Source: a virus (Duplodnaviria; Caudoviricetes). Taken from it: a stretch of DNA of 64,000 nt. Of this stretch, positions 27,537 through 35,766 are shown in pieces (the first letter of the stretch is position 1; every line of letters begins with the position of its first letter). The notes beneath the pieces are model-generated. The model ran no database searches. It saw only the letters and a list, made by a program, of their open reading frames with translations, and was not told the origin of the DNA. Position numbers and translations under genes: made by a program. The DNA lies in the IMG/VR virus record IMGVR_UViG_3300046492_000458, positions 1,645 to 65,644 of that record. One strand, 5' to 3'.

Positions 27537-28055
27537 TCAGGACGGCCGTTTCCTGGTCGCGTTGGACGGCTGCACGCCCTTCAGCACGGCCAGCTCCCGC
27601 TGAACCTCGGTGAGCCTGGCGAGGTATTCGGCGGCCTGCGCTTGCCAGTCCGGCGCAGCGCCCGCTCGCACCCGCCCGGTCATGAAACGGTCCCAGCCCT
27701 CCAGGGCGTGCTCGAGGTCCCGGATGCGGCCGCGGAGGCCTTCCCGGTCCCGGTCCTTCCGCAGCTCGGCCACCTCGGCCTCGAGGCGCCGCACGTCCGC
27801 CGCGGTCCGGGCCTTCTGCCGCTCCCGTCCCTTGTCGTAGCCGCGGCCGAACGCCGCCCGCCGTTCCTCCCGCGGGCACTCCGCAATCCACGACATCAGG
27901 GCCTGGGCGGCATCCCGGTGCTCTTGTGCGCGCTCGGGGTCTTCCTGCTCGAGCTCGGCGATGCCGCGGTAGTCGTACTCGCGGGACAGCCGGTCGGCCA
28001 GGAGCGCCTCCCGGTCCGGTTCCGGCCCATCATCGGCGGGCTGTTGCGCGGTCAC
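27537..28055 (-). CDS. Coiled-coil hypothetical protein
   Basis: GGAGG RBS; heptad pattern. Confidence 0.7.
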   Translation of the reverse strand: MTAQQPADDGPEPDREALLADRLSREYDYRGIAELEQEDPERAQEHRDAAQALMSWIAECPREERRAAFGRGYDKGRERQKARTAADVRRLEAEVAELRKDRDREGLRGRIRDLEHALEGWDRFMTGRVRAGAAPDWQAQAAEYLARLTEVQRELAVLKGVQPSNATRKRPS

Positions 28056-28879
28056 GTTTCCTCCAGGCTGAGGCTGCTGATGGCACGCAGGCGGCCGCGG
28101 CGGACCGGCTGTGCGTTGTCCAGGGCCGGCCAGTCGTCAGCTGCCAAACCGTAGCTCGGGGGCTCCCAGCGGGGCCGGTAGTGCCGGTACACCTTCTCCC
28201 AGTCCGCGTTGAAGTAGCACGGCAACAGACCGCCGGTGTTGGGGATCGGCTCGGGGGCCTGCTCGTTCTGCTCCCGGACCTGCTCGGTGACGCGGTCGGC
28301 GTGGTCCTTGTGCCGCTTGCAGAACCAATGCGCAGTCACCCATCCGGTCCGCGGGTCCTTCTCCAGGACGCGGTGATGCGATGCGGCGCCGCATACGCCG
28401 TCTTCAGTCCGCCAGTCCCTGGGGGGCGTGTAGTTCGACAGCGACTCTTCTTTCAGAGCTGCCAGTTCTGGTGGCAGCGTGTACGGACGGATGGGGACGG
28501 GTGCGTCAGGGTCTGGTACGTACGGTACGGCCGGGTGTGGCCGATAGGGGCGCAGTCGCGGCGCCTCGCACGCCGGGACCGTGACGTGAGTGCAGCGTTC
28601 CTGCGCTTGGTCGGGGAGTTCGTAGCGGGGCGCGTCGTTGGCCACCAGCCGGTCGTAGCGGGCCTTGCGGTAGCCCTCCGTCCCCAGCTTCCGCCGGGCC
28701 ACTTTCAGCGCGCTGACGCCGTGCTCACGCTTGGCGAGGTCCACCGCGTACGCGACGGCCAGGAGGAGCTCGCGGGCTTCATGACCCACGCGCTCGTCTT
28801 CGTAGATCGCCGCCACGAGTTCGGGGAACGATCGCTTCGGTCGTTGTTCTGCGGCCGGGGCGGGTACGGAGTGCAGCAC
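28052..28879 (-). CDS. Hypothetical protein with Cys/His motifs
   Basis: CEAP...VCG...WFCKRH; PIPNTGGLLP. Confidence 0.75.
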   Translation of the reverse strand: MLHSVPAPAAEQRPKRSFPELVAAIYEDERVGHEARELLLAVAYAVDLAKREHGVSALKVARRKLGTEGYRKARYDRLVANDAPRYELPDQAQERCTHVTVPACEAPRLRPYRPHPAVPYVPDPDAPVPIRPYTLPPELAALKEESLSNYTPPRDWRTEDGVCGAASHHRVLEKDPRTGWVTAHWFCKRHKDHADRVTEQVREQNEQAPEPIPNTGGLLPCYFNADWEKVYRHYRPRWEPPSYGLAADDWPALDNAQPVRRGRLRAISSLSLEET

Positions 28880-28880
28880 G

Positions 28881-29243
28881 TCAGGCCCCCTTCTTGCTGC
28901 GGCCGCTGTACCAAGGCAGGGCCAGGCCGTCGTTCTCCGCTCGAGGAACGAGGTGGACGTGAAGGTGAAACACGCTCTGCGTCGCTTCCCGGCCGCGCGA
29001 GGTGATCAGGTTCATGGGCTGATCGGTCTCGGCTGCGAGTTCGGATGCCCGGTAGGTGGTGGTGGCGGACACAACCGGGTCGTCGGCGAAGTCGGTGACG
29101 TGCTCCCGCGGGATGACGAGGACGTGGCCGGGGACGACAGGGCCGCGCGGCACGATGGCGATGACGTCGTCCCACTCGCGGATGAACGTGGCGGGCGCAC
29201 GGCCTGCGGAGATCTCGCAGAACGGGCAGGGCTGCTCAGGCAC
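28881..29243 (-). CDS. HIT family nucleotide hydrolase
   Basis: CPFCEI, PVVPGHVLVIPREH, QSVFHLHVHLVPR histidine triad. Confidence 0.92.
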   Translation of the reverse strand: MPEQPCPFCEISAGRAPATFIREWDDVIAIVPRGPVVPGHVLVIPREHVTDFADDPVVSATTTYRASELAAETDQPMNLITSRGREATQSVFHLHVHLVPRAENDGLALPWYSGRSKKGA

Positions 29244-29245
29244 GG

Positions 29246-30178
29246 TCAGTCCTCCTTCGGCTTGTTGGCGTCTTCGATCTGCTTGGCGACCTTGATGGCG
29301 TTGGCGATCCACCAGCGGTGGTGGTTGGCCTGGATGGTCTGGTCGGTGGGGATGTCGTGCTGCTTTGCGAGGTCCCACAGGCCTTGGTCGCCGGCGCAGT
29401 CGATGTCGTTGTGGACGTGGCCGGGGGTGTCGTCTTCGCAGTTCGCGCCGACGAGGATCGCGTAGAGGAGGGCGTCGACCTTGTCGGCGGTCCAGTCGCG
29501 GGAGTCGAGGGTGATACGGGTACGGAGGGCTTCGAGGGCGGTCTTCGCGCCGAGGAGGGCGGGGACGGCGGTCGTGTAGGCGAGGAAGCAGGACCGGGCG
29601 AAGTCTCGGAGGTCCTCGTGGTCGGCTTCGGCGTCCCACAGCCGGTCGTACAGCTCGGCGAGCGTGGCCTCGGTGTGCTCGGTGAGGGGGATCCGGTGCT
29701 CGGGGTCGGTGATCGGCGGGGCGGCTGGCAGCTTGCCGTCCACGGTGAGGAGGTGCTGCTCCCACAGGGCGCGCAGGACGCCGTGCCAGGTCTGCGGGGC
29801 TGGCGTCCACCCGCAGGCGCAGTCGACGCTCCAACGGTCGCTGGGCAGCTTCAGACGGCGGGGAAAGTGGTCGGTGACCAGCTGCTTGTGGTCGGGGCAG
29901 ATGTGGCCGCCGGCGGGAAAGACGCTGCCGGAGCCGAGTGTGGACCAGCCCTTCCCGGACCATTCGGGCCGCGGCGGGGTCTCACCGGTCATGGTGGAGA
30001 CCGCGTCGTACTGGCGCATGCAGCCGGGCACCAGGCAGGTTCGGAGGGATGGCTGGTTCAGGATCGCTTCGCTGATGGCGTCGTCGACGGCTTGTTCGGG
30101 GCTGGTTCCGCGGTTCGCTGCGTCGGCCGCGCCAATCAGGTCCAGGAGCAGGTCCCGGGCCTCGGTCTTCCCACTCAC
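29246..30178 (-). CDS. Hypothetical Cys-rich protein
   Basis: AAGGA RBS; CLVPGC, CPDH, CACGW. Confidence 0.72.
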   Translation of the reverse strand: MSGKTEARDLLLDLIGAADAANRGTSPEQAVDDAISEAILNQPSLRTCLVPGCMRQYDAVSTMTGETPPRPEWSGKGWSTLGSGSVFPAGGHICPDHKQLVTDHFPRRLKLPSDRWSVDCACGWTPAPQTWHGVLRALWEQHLLTVDGKLPAAPPITDPEHRIPLTEHTEATLAELYDRLWDAEADHEDLRDFARSCFLAYTTAVPALLGAKTALEALRTRITLDSRDWTADKVDALLYAILVGANCEDDTPGHVHNDIDCAGDQGLWDLAKQHDIPTDQTIQANHHRWWIANAIKVAKQIEDANKPKED

Positions 30179-30753
30179 GGGGTGGTCCTTTCGGGGCAGG
30201 TGGGGTGCTGGCGTTGCGCGTCGCCGATGGCGACCGGGTAGTCGTAGCCGCCGAGGAGCGGGCGGGAGCTCTCTCCGCGGGCCGGGCAGGACCGGCACTG
30301 CCAGTACTCGCCGTTCCGGTCACGCTGCAGGTCGAACTTGTCGTAGAACGGGAGCAACTCGGCGGCACGGCGGGTGTAGATGGTGGTGCGCTGCTTGTAG
30401 TCCTTGTAGGTGGCGCAGTCCGGGGCTGGGCCGTCGATGTGCTCGTTCCAGGCCGGCAGGTAGTCGGGGTGCGTTCGGTAGAGGCGGGCGAGGCCGCGCA
30501 TGGTCTGGCAGGGGACTCCGCTTCCGGAGACCGTGCAGGTGATGCACCGGCCTGCGGAGTCTCCGCGGGAGTCGATCCAGATGTTGTGGTCGGCGGCGAT
30601 GAGGTAGAGGGAGTCGATGCGGTTGAGCTCGGCGGCCTGGCTGTCGCCGGGCGGCATCTGTTCGGCGGCGGTCTGGGATTCGGCGAGGCGGGCGTACACG
30701 AAGTCCTCGCAGTGGAACTCCCACCGCCAGGCGGGATCGTCCGGGCCGGTCAC
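30175..30753 (-). CDS. Hypothetical protein (DUF6221-like N-terminus)
   Basis: FVYARLAE...PCQTMRGLARLYRTHPDYLPAW. Confidence 0.65.
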   Translation of the reverse strand: MTGPDDPAWRWEFHCEDFVYARLAESQTAAEQMPPGDSQAAELNRIDSLYLIAADHNIWIDSRGDSAGRCITCTVSGSGVPCQTMRGLARLYRTHPDYLPAWNEHIDGPAPDCATYKDYKQRTTIYTRRAAELLPFYDKFDLQRDRNGEYWQCRSCPARGESSRPLLGGYDYPVAIGDAQRQHPTCPERTTP

Positions 30754-30856
30754 GGTCGGGTCCTCTCGGGTGGGGTGCGGGTGCCGGGGTGGATCCAGTC
30801 GACGGTCGCGAGGTATGTGAGCCCCCACACCACTCCGGCGATACACACGGCGGGGA

Positions 30857-31072
30857 TTACGGGGTGGTCGTCCCCTCTGCCGTGGCGGTAGAGCAGGTGC
30901 AGGGCTGTTCCTCGAGGTCTTCGCAGACCATGCAGAGTTGTTCGTCCTGGTCGACTTCGGGAGTGTTGGACACGTCTTCGCCGCAGAGCGCGAGGTCAGG
31001 GTTGCAGCAGTACACGTGGGTCAGGTCCAGGCTGGTACTGGGTGTGGTGGGTGCGGGTGCGGTGTCGAGCAC
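30857..31072 (-). CDS. Small Zn-binding protein
   Basis: HVYCC...ALCG...CMVC; AGGAG RBS. Confidence 0.7.
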   Translation of the reverse strand: MLDTAPAPTTPSTSLDLTHVYCCNPDLALCGEDVSNTPEVDQDEQLCMVCEDLEEQPCTCSTATAEGTTTP

Positions 31073-31090
31073 TGGGCGCTCCTGTCGTCG

Positions 31091-31318
31091 CTATAGAGAC
31101 CAGAGGGTCGGCTGATATTCGAAAAGGGCCAGGGCGTCTTGCCCGGGGAGGGCGTCTGGAGCGTGGGGCACGGGTGCGGGTCGGCGGGATCGGCGTGAGG
31201 TGGGCCCGGTCAGGCGGCGGGCGCAGACCGGGCCGATGTCGCCGCTGCTGCGGGGCAACGGGCGGTGGCATTCCCGGCACCGCTTGACGTCGCTCATCCG
31301 GTCGTCCGTCCCATTCAC
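31091..31318 (-). CDS. Small Zn-finger protein (DUF6011-like)
   Basis: CRECHRPL...IGPVCARR. Confidence 0.65.
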   Translation of the reverse strand: MNGTDDRMSDVKRCRECHRPLPRSSGDIGPVCARRLTGPTSRRSRRPAPVPHAPDALPGQDALALFEYQPTLWSL

Positions 31319-31848
31319 GCCTCCTTGGCGGTTGGAGCGGTCGGGAAGATGTCCGGGTGCGCGGCCTTCCAGTCGAGCCAGTGCTGCATGGGCCCGTCGC
31401 CGATGGTGTGACTGCGATCCATGACCTGTTCCAGCGTGAGCGGCGCGGGGGCGCCTCGGTCGGGGTGGTTCGGCCCCATGGGTACGTAGGTAGGCCCGTA
31501 GATCCAGGAGCAGCGGCGAAAGCCCCAGTCGTCGTTGGCGTACTTGATGAACACTGTCGTGTTGCAGCCAGAGTCGACGTCGAGCGGGCGTTCCAGCAGC
31601 TTGCCCTTGTACCAGTCGTTGAAGAAGTAGTTCTTGTACTCCTCGATGAAGCTGGCGATCATCGCGGCTTCGGCGTCGGTGGGGCGTTCCTTGCTGCCCC
31701 AGCTGTAGCGGCTGGTGTCGACGTCGATGTAGGCGGCGATGTACTTCCAGCCCGGATTGAAGCTGTCGACGACTGGGATCCGTAGCGCGGTAAGGGGATC
31801 GTCCTGCTTGGCGTCGGTGCCGAACGGCCACGCGGTGGTGTCGGTCAC
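31315..31848 (-). CDS. Hypothetical protein
   Basis: AGGAAGGA RBS; GC3 bias. Confidence 0.72.
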   Translation of the reverse strand: MTDTTAWPFGTDAKQDDPLTALRIPVVDSFNPGWKYIAAYIDVDTSRYSWGSKERPTDAEAAMIASFIEEYKNYFFNDWYKGKLLERPLDVDSGCNTTVFIKYANDDWGFRRCSWIYGPTYVPMGPNHPDRGAPAPLTLEQVMDRSHTIGDGPMQHWLDWKAAHPDIFPTAPTAKEA

Positions 31849-32030
31849 GCGGACTTCCTTCCTGCTCGTTCCTCGCGGATGCGGCGTCGGATCGGCAGTT
31901 CGAACGCCCACAGTTCGTCTGCTGTCATGCCGGTGTCCCTGAGCTGCCAGCGTGTGTCAGTGAGGGCGATTCCCCGCCGTATGCGGCCTTCGAGTTGGCG
32001 CAGCAGCTTCTTCCGGGCGGCGGTGGCCAC
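31845..32030 (-). CDS. Small basic hypothetical protein
   Basis: AAGGAGG RBS; GTG at 32030. Confidence 0.6.
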   Translation of the reverse strand: MATAARKKLLRQLEGRIRRGIALTDTRWQLRDTGMTADELWAFELPIRRRIREERAGRKSA

Positions 32031-32032
32031 GG

Positions 32033-32776
32033 TCAGGCCTCCTTGCCGGGCTGGGACACGGCGGCGCCGAGGCACTGGCACGGGGGCCGCACGATGCCTG
32101 CCTCCGACGTCATGACCACGCCACAGCGGCGCCCTCGCCCCATGCAGGCGCGATGCCCGCACTGGCTGCACCCGCCCTGCGTCTCGGGCTGCTGCGCCTC
32201 GCCGGCCATGCGGCTCGGGCTGGTCCCGCAGTCCCGCTCGCACAGTTCGTGGTCGCCCTCGGCGTGGGCCATCAGCCGCTCGTGCGTGTCGCACGGCTCA
32301 CCGCCCGGCTCGCAGCCTCCGGCGCTGCACGGGGTGGCCACGTACTCGGCCTCGTCTGCCTTGCGGAGGAACGTCTCCATCAGGGCGAAGGCCCCGCCAG
32401 CGTGGTCGTTGAGGGCGCGTGCCGTGTACGCGGCGCCCGCCTCGTCGCACTCGTCGGCGGCCTCGCGCAGGAGAACGGCCCGTACGGAACGCGGGTGGTG
32501 CTCGATGGCGAGCTTGCCCATCCAGTCTGGCCATTCGTCGGTGTCCCCGATGCGGTATTCCTGGTCAACGGGCGCGTCGGTGAGTTCGCCGTCCTCGCAG
32601 ACCCAGGAGCCGTACAGGTGGGCGTGGATGCCGTCTTGCCGGTAGGTGAAGATGACGAGGCCGGGCCGGATACTGCCGCTGTCCCATTTGTACTTCACGT
32701 CGGGCTTGCCGGTGAGGAGCAGTTCGACGGACTGGGAGGCGACGGTCACGGTGGCCTCGGTGGGCTGGTCGGTCAT
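32033..32776 (-). CDS. Mosaic Cys-rich hypothetical protein
   Basis: GGAG RBS; RAVLLREAAD linker; several CxxC. Confidence 0.7.
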   Translation of the reverse strand: MTDQPTEATVTVASQSVELLLTGKPDVKYKWDSGSIRPGLVIFTYRQDGIHAHLYGSWVCEDGELTDAPVDQEYRIGDTDEWPDWMGKLAIEHHPRSVRAVLLREAADECDEAGAAYTARALNDHAGGAFALMETFLRKADEAEYVATPCSAGGCEPGGEPCDTHERLMAHAEGDHELCERDCGTSPSRMAGEAQQPETQGGCSQCGHRACMGRGRRCGVVMTSEAGIVRPPCQCLGAAVSQPGKEA

Positions 32777-32872
32777 GAGACGGCTCCAGGGGCGGGGAGG
32801 CGGGTCCAGGTCCAGCCTGGCGTGGATCGGGCACGGCATTGCCCCGGCCTGAGTGGCCGGGGCAGGGGGCGG

Positions 32873-33166
32873 TCAGGTGTTCAATTCGCGGCGTGTGGTG
32901 ACCGAGTACGGCTCGAGGGTGAGAACGTCGCAGCCGCCGGTGAGGAGGATGGAGCCGTCCTCTGCCGGGGTGACGTGGCGGATCCCGAACGACTGGTCGA
33001 TCTTCTGGGCTTCGGTGACGAAGTCGCCGTGCGCGAGGTCGCGGTCCAGGTAGACGCCGACGATGCGGGCGCCTTCGCAGGCCTCGCCGATGGAGAGGAT
33101 CCATACGGTCGGGCCGGCCGGTGCCGTGTGCTGGGCTGCCGTGGCGGCGAGTTCGATGTCGGCCAT
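32873..33166 (-). CDS. Hypothetical protein
   Basis: AGGGGGA RBS; first gene after promoter copy 3. Confidence 0.7.
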   Translation of the reverse strand: MADIELAATAAQHTAPAGPTVWILSIGEACEGARIVGVYLDRDLAHGDFVTEAQKIDQSFGIRHVTPAEDGSILLTGGCDVLTLEPYSVTTRRELNT

Positions 33167-33197
33167 CGGGTTCCCCCTGGGGTGTGGTGTGGGGGCC

Positions 33198-33233
33198 AGT
33201 CTAGCCATCTTCTATTACGTACGCAATACAAGA
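33198..33233 (-). promoter_or_regulatory. Conserved operator/promoter, copy 3
   Basis: Minus strand TCTTGTATTGCGTACGTAATAGAAGATG; TTGCGT-N17-TAGACT. Confidence 0.82.
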
Positions 33234-33458
33234 GATGGGGAAGGTGGCCCACGACTCGGCAGGGCCCGCCATCTACCGCCCGCACGCCTCCCGCGGGATC
33301 CTCAAGGAACCCGACAACGCGAACCGAGGGACGGTGGACGCCGTGAACTGCACGAAGTGCGGAGGCGCCGGACAGCAAGGCCCTGACGGCTCGTGGCTGT
33401 GCCCTCTGTGCGGCCCCATCTCCGGTACCGCGCCCGCCCCGACGGTAGGGTGCCGCCC

Positions 33459-33659
33459 ATGACAGCCACCCCACCCCCGCGCACGCCGGCTGCGGAGTTC
33501 CTGAGCGGGCAGGAGATCACCACGACGGACTGCCGCGGCTGCGGTACGCAGATCTCCGGCGTTAATGGGCGCTATTCCTGCATGTGCGGCTGGGTGAACC
33601 ACTGGTCAGAGGGCCACACCGAGCTGCCGACCGCCGCGGACGACGACAACGCGGCATGA
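33459..33659 (+). CDS. Small Zn-ribbon protein
   Basis: CRGC...YSCMCGWVNHW. Confidence 0.6.
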   Translation: MTATPPPRTPAAEFLSGQEITTTDCRGCGTQISGVNGRYSCMCGWVNHWSEGHTELPTAADDDNAA

Positions 33660-33704
33660 AGACGCCCCCGGACCATCGCCCGGGGGCTGCGGTGAGACTC
33701 CCGC

Positions 33705-33935
33705 TCAGGACCCTGGGCGGAGCGTGTACTCGGGGCAACGTGTCGGATCCCCCCACGACTGGGTGTGCGGCTGATCAGATCCGCACCACGGGCACGGCAG
33801 CACCGGGCTGAATGCCGCGCCTTCAATGCCGCAGTGCCCGGCATCACCGAACTGCTCCGAGTGGAAGATCGTGACGGCCTGCCGGCCGCAGGTGCACAGC
33901 TCGCCGGGTTCGGCGGGGCGCTGCTGGTCAGGCAT
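33705..33935 (-). CDS. Small Cys-rich protein
   Basis: GGAG RBS; CTCGR, CPWC. Confidence 0.65.
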   Translation of the reverse strand: MPDQQRPAEPGELCTCGRQAVTIFHSEQFGDAGHCGIEGAAFSPVLPCPWCGSDQPHTQSWGDPTRCPEYTLRPGS

Positions 33936-34001
33936 GGATGCTCCAGGACGTTGTCGGCGTGCCGCCCAGTCTTGCATCGGCAACCGACAGCCCGGGCTGG
34001 A

Positions 34002-35300
34002 TCAGGCGACCTCGGCTTCACGGCCGCTATCCGCCGCCATCTCCCGCAGCCGTTCCACGACCGCCCGGCAATCCGAGACCGCCCGATGGTCTCCGCCGTA
34101 CAGGGGCTGCCACGCGTAGTTCCCCCAGTAGTCGGACCAGTCCCCGTACCAGTCCGAGTAGGGGATCATCGCGTCCTCGAACCGAACGCTGTTCAGCCAG
34201 GATGCCGCGGAGGCTTCCGGGTCGGTGTGGCCGGCCTGCCGGTAGTGCACGGTCAGCTCGTGTCGGAGTCGGGCGGTGTCGTACGGCGAGTTGTAGATCA
34301 GGCAGCGGCGGCCGGCCAGCGCAGCAGTGAGACGCACAAGGATCTCCGCGAACGAGGGAGCATCGGCAACCTCCTCGTCGGTGATCCCGTGAATGTCAGT
34401 CGCGTCTGAGGGAATCGGCTGCCCCGGGTTGACGAGCGTGTCCAGCAGAACGTCGCCAGCCACGGTGATGACCGCGATGTCGACGATCCGCGCATCGTCC
34501 TCGAGTCCCGTGGTCTCCGTGTCGAGCAGCACCACCGTCGGGTCGTCCAGCGCGGCCGCGGCCCACTCGGACAGCTCCCGCACCTGCCGCACCCGGGCCG
34601 CCTCGGCGTCCCGTTCCGCCTGGATACGCCGCTGCTCCCGCTCGGCGCGCTCGCGTTCGTCCCGCTCCTTGCACGGCGGGCACCACCGCGGCGACCATCC
34701 CCACGACCGGAGAGCCTGCGCGGCATCCTCATCCCACCCGGCGGCGATCTCTTCGTCCGTCGCGGTCACTGTCGTGCAGTCCCGGCCGGGGCACGTCCGG
34801 CGCCACACGGCCAGGCGTTCCCCCTCGGCCTGCTTACGCAGCGCGTAGTGGATCCGGCAGTGCTCGCACGCCCACCAGCCGTGCACATCCTTCGGAAGCG
34901 CCGCTCCGGCCTGACGGCGGCACCGGTGGCAGGTACGGGCCTGCCGGTCCTGCGCCTCCTTCTGCGCCCGGCTACGGCAGTCCTCACACCGCTGGTACAC
35001 CACGTAGCCGCGGACCTCGCGGCACTCCGGGCAGGTACGGCGTGCGGTCATCGCCTGCTGCTGCTTCCCCGACAGCGGCCGCATCTTCGCCGCGCCGGCC
35101 GGGTCGTACAGCGGGAACTCTCCCCAACCGTGACCCCGCCGGTACACCCGCAGAAGTGCGACCGGCTCCTGGCCGTCGGCGGGCTTGAGACGCTGCTCCT
35201 TCAGCTGCGTCATGGTCCGCAGGTGCTTCAACGCCTCCGGGACCTCCTTCCGTTCGTAGACGGGCAGAGACTCCGGCTTGGCAGACGTGGACGCGGTCAC
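34002..35300 (-). CDS. DEDDh 3'-5' exonuclease with N-terminal Zn-binding region
   Basis: LLDTETTGL, IHGITD, YNSPYD, HRAVSDC; ARRTCPEC and further CxxC pairs; GGAGG RBS. Confidence 0.88.
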   Translation of the reverse strand: MTASTSAKPESLPVYERKEVPEALKHLRTMTQLKEQRLKPADGQEPVALLRVYRRGHGWGEFPLYDPAGAAKMRPLSGKQQQAMTARRTCPECREVRGYVVYQRCEDCRSRAQKEAQDRQARTCHRCRRQAGAALPKDVHGWWACEHCRIHYALRKQAEGERLAVWRRTCPGRDCTTVTATDEEIAAGWDEDAAQALRSWGWSPRWCPPCKERDERERAEREQRRIQAERDAEAARVRQVRELSEWAAAALDDPTVVLLDTETTGLEDDARIVDIAVITVAGDVLLDTLVNPGQPIPSDATDIHGITDEEVADAPSFAEILVRLTAALAGRRCLIYNSPYDTARLRHELTVHYRQAGHTDPEASAASWLNSVRFEDAMIPYSDWYGDWSDYWGNYAWQPLYGGDHRAVSDCRAVVERLREMAADSGREAEVA

Positions 35301-35334
35301 GGGCACCTCCAGGCAGGTCGACGGTCGTAGAGAT

Positions 35335-35357
35335 AGCACAGCGCACGCCACTGACAA
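35335..35357 (-). promoter_or_regulatory. Second RecA-NDp/PafBC-like motif, upstream of the exonuclease
   Basis: TTGTCAGTG-GCGTGCGC-TGTGCT (weak -10). Confidence 0.45.
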
Positions 35358-35483
35358 TGCCGGGCGAACAGGGCGCCATGTGGTGCTGCTGGTGGGCGCT
35401 GAGGCGTTGAGCTGGCCTTGAGCGCCCGTGCGCCCCCGCAGACACCCTCCCGACGGTGTCGGGTACGTCGCACGGTCGAACGC

Positions 35484-35714
35484 ATGGGGGCTACAGGGGA
35501 GTTTGAGTGTGTGGGCCGCGGCGACGGCAGCAGCTGCCCGCACGGGGCGGTGCTGACCGTGGATGCCGGGATCGAGTACCGGTGTGACGACTGTCGGCAG
35601 TACTGGGACCTGGACGCTACGGAACCGGGACGTCGGATGGTGGAGGACGATTCGCTGACCCGGCCGATGGGGGATCCGGGGGAGGCCGGCCACGGGAGCG
35701 GCACCGCGGCGTAG
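35484..35714 (+). CDS. Small Cys-rich protein
   Basis: CVG...CPHG...CDDC. Confidence 0.5.
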   Translation: MGATGEFECVGRGDGSSCPHGAVLTVDAGIEYRCDDCRQYWDLDATEPGRRMVEDDSLTRPMGDPGEAGHGSGTAA

Positions 35715-35766
35715 ACGTCAGAACCCCGAAAGTCCGGCCACCAGAGGTGGCGATGGCCGGGCCAGA

